Shown here piece by piece: positions 48,769-55,291 of a stretch of 55,291 bases of DNA (position 1 is its first letter; each line of letters starts with the position of its first letter). The translations under genes and the position numbers were made by a program. This DNA is from Octopus bimaculoides. Taxonomy: Eukaryota. Location: contig NC_068991.1 of the NCBI RefSeq assembly GCF_001194135.2, positions 51,668,446 through 51,723,736 of the forward strand. The letters run 5' to 3'. Under the pieces are notes generated by a model. That model saw nothing but the letters and a program-made list of their open reading frames with translations. It was not told the origin of the DNA and searched no databases.

Positions 48769-51189
48769 AATAAAACAGATGAATGTGTTTTCTGGTTTTG
48801 CTACGATTGTTTCATTAGGTGTCTTTATTATGACATAAGCATAATACAGTTAGTTAGTTGCATAATATGTTACATAATTCCAAACTCATTAGGCTACCAG
48901 CTAAACAAGTGAGCACTGACTTATTGATTAATCAACAGATCATCAACAAATGGAATTTCAAATCAGAATTACTAACATTTGAGAAATTTAAAGTGTATAT
49001 GTGTCTCCAACCTGTCAAACTATAGAAGCGGATAGCAGAAGATGGTCGTAAATATAATGACAGTTAAAGACATTAATATTCTAATGAAGTCATTAAACCT
49101 ACTAATCTTGTTCACAAAGACCACAGCTTATTTGAATACAGCAGATATTAGGCAGTGATTATGACATTTGAGACTATCAAAACATTTTTAAAAGCAGTTG
49201 CTTCAAAAAAATGCTGCTCCAAAAAAACAGTTATGGCATTATATGAATTTAAAGTCAACATTAGTTGTTCATTCACTTAATTATTCTCGAGAGAAGTGTT
49301 CTGAAAAAATTTAACCGAACTAATAGAATATTACCATCATTTAATGGAGATCCAGCTAATTATTTCATGAAAAATATTTTAGGGCAAAAGTGTAGATTAG
49401 CTAAGTTCTCTGTGAAATTCCAGAGGAGAGGGAGGGAAAAGAAGGACTGGGAGTGAAAAGAAAGAAAAAAAGACACAAAATAAGATAAATCAAGTAGAGA
49501 GAATGAATTAGATAGAAAGTTGTCCAAGCACTGACAAGAAGATGGTATTGGCATAAACGATTAAATAAATGTGAACTCTAGGAAAATGAAAGCTCTATAT
49601 GTAATACAGTGTGTTAACTTAAAGATATAAATTCACGAAATTTTGCAGGTTGATCAACGAACTATTAGTTAATTAGCTGCAATAAATCTATCAGTTGAAA
49701 GCCCAGAGCTTAATTGAGAAAGATAAGTAGGACCAATAAACACGACAGATAAACCAAAGAACCAATAAGCACAATAAATAACCATAATTTACCAAAATTG
49801 CCACAAATTATTTAGAATAAAGTAGATGAGTTAAATTATACAAGTGCAGTAGGAGATAATCATTACCTAATAATTTAATATTATTGAGATAAATAACGAA
49901 ATGCTAAAAGAGTTTATAAGATTTATAATAGTTATAGATGCTCTATACACTTAGTGTTAAGATAGTTTATAAGATTATTATAAATTATACAGAATTATAA
50001 GGTCTGTAACTAGGGAAGATGATGCTATTACCATAAAGATATCCCAGTGCTAGAAGTAAATTGAAAAAGTTATCACATTTGTTAATACAAATAATTTAAA
50101 ATATGTATTACACTCATCAGTACCTGTTGTTAGAACTAAGTGTATGCTAGGGTAGTTTGAATATGCTTAGTTAAAACCATAATAGTATTGAGGTATGCTA
50201 AGCTACATAAAGATAATTATTACTTGTGATAAAGGGCTATAGGCTATAACATAGATTTGTAGATAGGTATCCAGCATTCAAGGAAGACCTATAGAATTGG
50301 TTTAAAGTAAAACAAAGTTCTTCGCATAGAAAGTAGGTATTTGATCCTTAGTTCATCCAGTTTATGAGTTATGATTTCCAGCAATTCCATACATCAGAGA
50401 TTATAACAATATTTATCACTAACAAATAGCTTAGCATGTCTAGTGATGCTCCACGTTATATGAAAATCAACATTTTGTCTTTTAAACCCCAGACCTTTGT
50501 GGAGAGCAATGTTGTTTTTACTTAATCTCTCTTTCTAAAAGAGTAAAGAAGATTATGTAGTCTTAATTTGAAAGAAGTAGAACCCATGTAAGTAAATGTA
50601 TGTAGATTAGTTCTAAATTTACATTTATATACAATGTTTTTGGTCAGGCATTTGATTTCTAGTGGGCATTCAAATTTTTTTCTAAAATTACACGATCTAG
50701 ATAACTTTGGGATGAGAATATCATGAGCTACATAATTCATACCATTATGTTGCATGCAATCATAATCAGTAGAAGTATGATCGGTGTTAGTCACTCCTTC
50801 AACACTAGTATTACTAAAGTTCATATTGGTATTATTATAAGCATCATTTAGATCAGCAGGCTCCAAAATAATTATATCTGTTACCATTATTATTACAGTT
50901 ACTACAGTTGTAGCTATTACCTTAACCATTATCACAACCATTTACATCAGTATATCTCTTATTATTGTTATTGTTTACATTATTACTGTTATTAGTGTTT
51001 TTATATGAATTGTTATGCAAAAGATAGTTACTCATTATATTATTATCATCAGTGTTAACATAATTATCAGCATTATTGATATTATTATTGCTGTTGTTAT
51101 GATTATTGCCATTATTATCATCCACTTTCTCATCATTATTATAGCTGCTGTTGTTGTTTTTGTTGCTATTATTATTATTATTGTTATTA

Positions 51190-51233
<44 letters not shown>

Positions 51234-52582
51234 ATTACTATTATTATTACAACTAAATACTGATGATTGTAATATATATTTTATATTATTTACATTATTT
51301 AACATTATACCTTTTTCAAATTACTTCTAGCATTGAGATATCTTTATGCTAACTGCGTCATCTTCCCTATTTACAAATCTTATTATTCTATATAATTCAT
51401 TATAATCTTATAAACTCTCTTAACACTAATAAGTGTATAGAGCATCTATAACTATTATAAACCTTATAAACTCTTTTAACATCTCCTTATTAATCTCAAT
51501 AATTTTAAATCATTAGGTAATGCTTATCTTCTACAGTGCTTGTATGATTTAACTCATCTACTTTATTCTAAATAATTTATGGAAATTTTTGTGTTTATCA
51601 GTTCTTTGGTTTATCTGTTGTGTTCATTGGTCCTACTTTTCTTTCTCAATTAAGCTCTGGGCTTTCAACTGATAGATTTATTGCAGCTAATTAACTAATA
51701 TCTATATACTTCATTGGTCAACCTCCATAATTTCATAAATTTATGTCTTTAACACACTGTATTACCTATGCAACTTACATTTTCCTAGAGTCCACGTTTA
51801 TTTAATTGTTTATGCCAATACCATCTTTCTGTCAGAGCTCGGACAACTTTCTAGCTAATCTTTTTCTCTCCATTTGATTTATCTTATTTTGTATCTTTTA
51901 TTTCTTTCTTTTTACTCCCTGTCCTTTTTTTCCCTCCCTCTCTTCTGGGATTTCACAGTGAACTTAGCTAATCTACACTTTTGCCTTAAAATATTGTCCC
52001 TGTGTAATAATTAACTGGATCTCCATTAATTAGTTCAGTAAATTTTTTTTTCAGAACCCTTCTCTCGAGATTAATTAAGCAAATGAACAACTAACGTTGA
52101 CTTTACATATTCATATAATGCAATATTTGTGTTTTTGGTGCAGCATTGGCAGCTGTCTTTAAACATATTTTGATAGAGTCAAATGTCATGCTCACTGCCT
52201 AATATCTGCTGTATTCAAATAAGTTCTGGCCTTTTTGGACAAGATCGGTAGGTTTAATAACTTCGTTAGAATATTAATGCCTTTAACTGCCGTTATATTC
52301 ACAACCGTCTTCTGCTACCCACTTCTGCAGTTTGACAGATTGGATACATATCTCACACTTTAAATTTCTTAAATGTCGGTAATTTTGATTTGAAATTCTA
52401 CTTGTTGATGATCTGTTGATTAATCAGTAAGCCAATGCTCATTTGTTTATTTGGTAACTTGATGAGTTTGGAATTATGTAACATATTATGCAATCTAACT
52501 AACTGTACTATGCTTATGTCATAATAAAGACTCCTAATGAAACAATCGTAGCAAAACCAGATAACTCATTCATGTTTTTATC
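48769..52582. mobile_element. About 3.8-kb inverted-repeat structure: ~1.35-kb arms (about 48769-50130 and 51250-52582) flanking a Penelope GIY-YIG remnant and an (AAT/AAC)n tract
   Basis: The arms align continuously as reverse complements by eye, e.g. ctggttttgctacgattgtttcattagg at ~48794 versus its complement at ~52530-52560. Both inner ends carry taCTGATGA. Confidence 0.85.
50400..50941 (-). mobile_element. Penelope-like element GIY-YIG endonuclease remnant
   Basis: SCNFRKKFECPLEIKCLTKNIVYKCKFRTNLHTFTYMGSTSFKLRLHN matches the PLE pattern CNC..CPL..KC....VY..YIG.T..FK.R..NH; stops follow. Confidence 0.8.
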
Positions 52583-54678
52583 ATGCTTTTATGCCACACT
52601 TAAGTTTCTATTCATCGTTGGATAATTTTAAATACTTTCAGATACTATTGAATTCGTTGATTTCCAAACAACAGTGAACTTCCCTCATTGATGCATTCCA
52701 TGCAATGTTAATGGACTATTTTTAACTGTCTGTTTTGTGTCATTTCTGTCTAACCAATTTGTGGCATGATTCAGTTTGATATGCCTTTGTCCTTTATGGA
52801 TTCCATGTATATATGCATATAAGGGATTGAACAAACGAAAAAGGCAATTGCATTCAACATATTTAGTAGGAGTTGTGTTCAGTAATAGGTTGACTCAGCC
52901 CCACGTTATTTAAAGCACAGAACACAAATTCATTCTCAGGTGAGCAGAGTCAGAGTGGAGAGAAATTAAAAGAAATTTTGAAGTGATTTCTAAGAGAGAA
53001 TATTTAGAACTCTGTAGGTTAGTTCAGATCATGTGGAGGTATCAGCTGGATACTGATAGCAATTCTTTCAGTAAAAAGTCCATGTGGTAAAGGTGGTAAC
53101 ATACTGGTGTCAGTTTGTTGCTATTCAATGACAGAAGTTACTATGTGGGGAGATAACTAGTTTGCTGATGTCAGGTTATGTATCACTTTGTGTGCCAAGT
53201 ATGGTTGCATGGTGTGAATGCAGCTGTGTGAAAGTAAGCTGCAGTGATACGATGCTTGTGGCAAATAATTTAATTGCAAGCAACAATGACTGTGTGGATG
53301 TAGGGTGATGGCACCATTAGGACAGATGTGTTTTCCTATAGCTTGATATGCAGTCTCTCACAAAGACAGATTTGACAACTACAAACTGTGATTAGGGAGA
53401 TTTTCTGTCAAAGATGCTTTATGCAATGTTGGGAAAGTTGTTTCCTTGTTCTTGGAGTCACCCGTTGAAGTGGGACAGGGAGGTGGAGTTATTCCAGCTA
53501 TGGCCACTCTGTCTTTCTGGATAAATCTAGGATCTTATTTCCCACTGTGTATTTTCCTATTTAAGATAGCAGGGCATGATTTTAGGGAAACTTCATGTTA
53601 TTTCTTACAGGTTGAGCAACACATAAAAGCCATGTTATTAGCTGGGTTGGGGTTCCTACATTGGTATATTTATATTTGAGGGAAGAGGTTGTTTCCAAAT
53701 AAATATTGCAATATAATGAGTGATACACACAAAAAAAATATAGTGCAAGAATATACTTATATGGTTATGTCTATGACATTACCAAGATTTAAAAAAATTC
53801 GATAGATTTATAGTATTAATAAAAAAGGAAATATATGCAAAACTTTCCAAAATTTGAATATTCTCATTGAAATATATTATTTTACTGGCAATTTCTGAAA
53901 AAAAAAAATTTAAAAAGCAGAGTTCTCATAGATATTCTGTCAGAAAAGTATTCTTAATTGTTAATAGAAATAATTTAAAAAATAATAAATCGATAATATA
54001 TTATGTACAATGTTTTGATATAAAAGTACAATCAGCTGTCCTTCACATACAAGAAGGTTGAGTAAGATTTTGCAGGCTTTTGTAAATAGTTTCAGATGTT
54101 TGTCGGCTTGTGAGCAGACTAACAGCTTGTTTGTCATTCACCCAGTGAGACAGTTAAGATTTGATAACTGGAGGGAAAGAAGACAACACCAGAACGCTGG
54201 TTGGTACTCATTACAGCTAAACAAACTGGAACAATGCACAATGAAGTGCCTCACTCAAGGACACAATGTACTGCTCAGAATAAGAATTTACCCCNNNNNN
54301 NNNNAAGAGTCAAACACACTAGGTCTTAAGCCTTTCTTGGAAATATATAACATAATACATAATGACATACAAATATATATAATAAAATAAGACATAACAT
54401 TTTGTATATATATATATATATATATATATATTTAAGTGGGGTGTATATTAAAAATAATTCATCTTTTACTGACTGGAGTACTTTTTTGTTGATGCCACCA
54501 ATGAGAGAACAGTAAATTATGTTCATTCATATATATGTATATGCATACATGGAAGATGGATGTTAAATGATAGTGATGACGATGATGACGATATATATAC
54601 ACACACACACACTCACACACACACACACACACAAACATACATACATACATATAGATATACATACATACATACATACAT

Positions 54679-54727
<49 letters not shown>

Positions 54728-54729
54728 CA

Positions 54730-55062
54730 GTTTGTGACAGACCGTGTCTTTCTTTTGCTGGGCTCAAATCCCATTTCCAGATCCATGAAAAACGAACCTC
54801 GACCAGCTATTCTGCCTATATATCTGTGCATACATTTCAATGCCATGTATGCCATAAGGTCTGCAAATCTAATGGAGGTCTTAAAAGATGTTTTAAGATC
54901 CACAAAGATCAGAACTTAACTGCAGCTTTTGATGGTCCAAATCAGATATGCAACCAATATGGGTGTCTTTTCAAAACATTGTCTGGTTTAAAAAGACACA
55001 CCAGATGCTATGATGGATCTAAGGTGCAAGTACAGGAGGTGGTCAGACTCTGCATAAGGTGA
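54730..55062 (+). mobile_element. Three degenerate C2H2-like zinc fingers, probably the 3' end of a LINE ORF
   Basis: Open frame VCDRPCLSFAGLKSHFQIH / CHVCHKVCKSNGGLKRCFKIH / CNQYGCLFKTLSGLKRHTRCY; no TGEKP linkers; 5' end lost in a microsatellite. Confidence 0.55.
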
Positions 55063-55086
55063 TATAGTCTAACATAAGGTGATATA

Positions 55087-55133
55087 GTCTTACAGCTGTT
55101 TCAGGGATATTTTGGATGTCCTTTCATCAGAGA
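55087..55133 (-). ncRNA. Minimal type-I hammerhead ribozyme motif (Penelope-type) with complete catalytic core
   Basis: Minus strand reads GTCT-CTGATGA-AAGGACAT-ccaa-ATATCCCT-GAA-ACAGCTGT-A-AGAC: stem I, CUGAUGA, stem II (2 mismatches), GAAA, palindromic stem III and a GUA cleavage triplet. Confidence 0.75.
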
Positions 55134-55291
55134 CAATGTGAGATGGTTAAGTAGAGGTAACAGCTGTAAGACTATATCTATATCTTTTTCCTTATAAATG
55201 TCCTGAAAACTCCACAAAGCCTTGGCTTTGTTATCTCATTTTGTCTAATATATATATATATGTATATATATGTATATATATGTATATATAT

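Noticed and set aside
50922-51305. Asn-rich 127-aa ORF as a prion-like protein
   Set aside because: It is an (AAT/AAC)n microsatellite inside the Penelope remnant.

Overview
AT-rich, microsatellite- and repeat-dense animal genomic DNA with many assembly gaps. The SINE families present suggest an octopus (coleoid cephalopod); this is inferred from repeat recognition, not a database match. One protein-coding gene is supported: a + strand class II NF-kB (Rel/Dorsal-type) gene. It has 11 coding exons (3260-25393) that join in frame through GT-AG junctions, giving about 492 codons: RHD, IPT/dimerisation domain, KRKRK NLS and a short acidic C-terminus with no ankyrin repeats. Its start codon was not securely found. 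The rest is introns and intergenic DNA filled with tRNA-derived SINEs, decayed LINEs (RTE, Tx1/L1), Penelope-like GIY-YIG fragments, Tc1/mariner, hAT and piggyBac-type MITEs, and microsatellites. The most striking unexplained pattern is a recurring set of minimal type-I hammerhead-ribozyme motifs with palindromic stem III, typical of Penelope-like elements. They are repeatedly arranged as divergent inverted pairs, from about 100 bp up to a 3.8-kb inverted repeat around a GIY-YIG remnant. One copy (55087-55133, minus) retains the full catalytic core. All structures and identities were assessed by eye.
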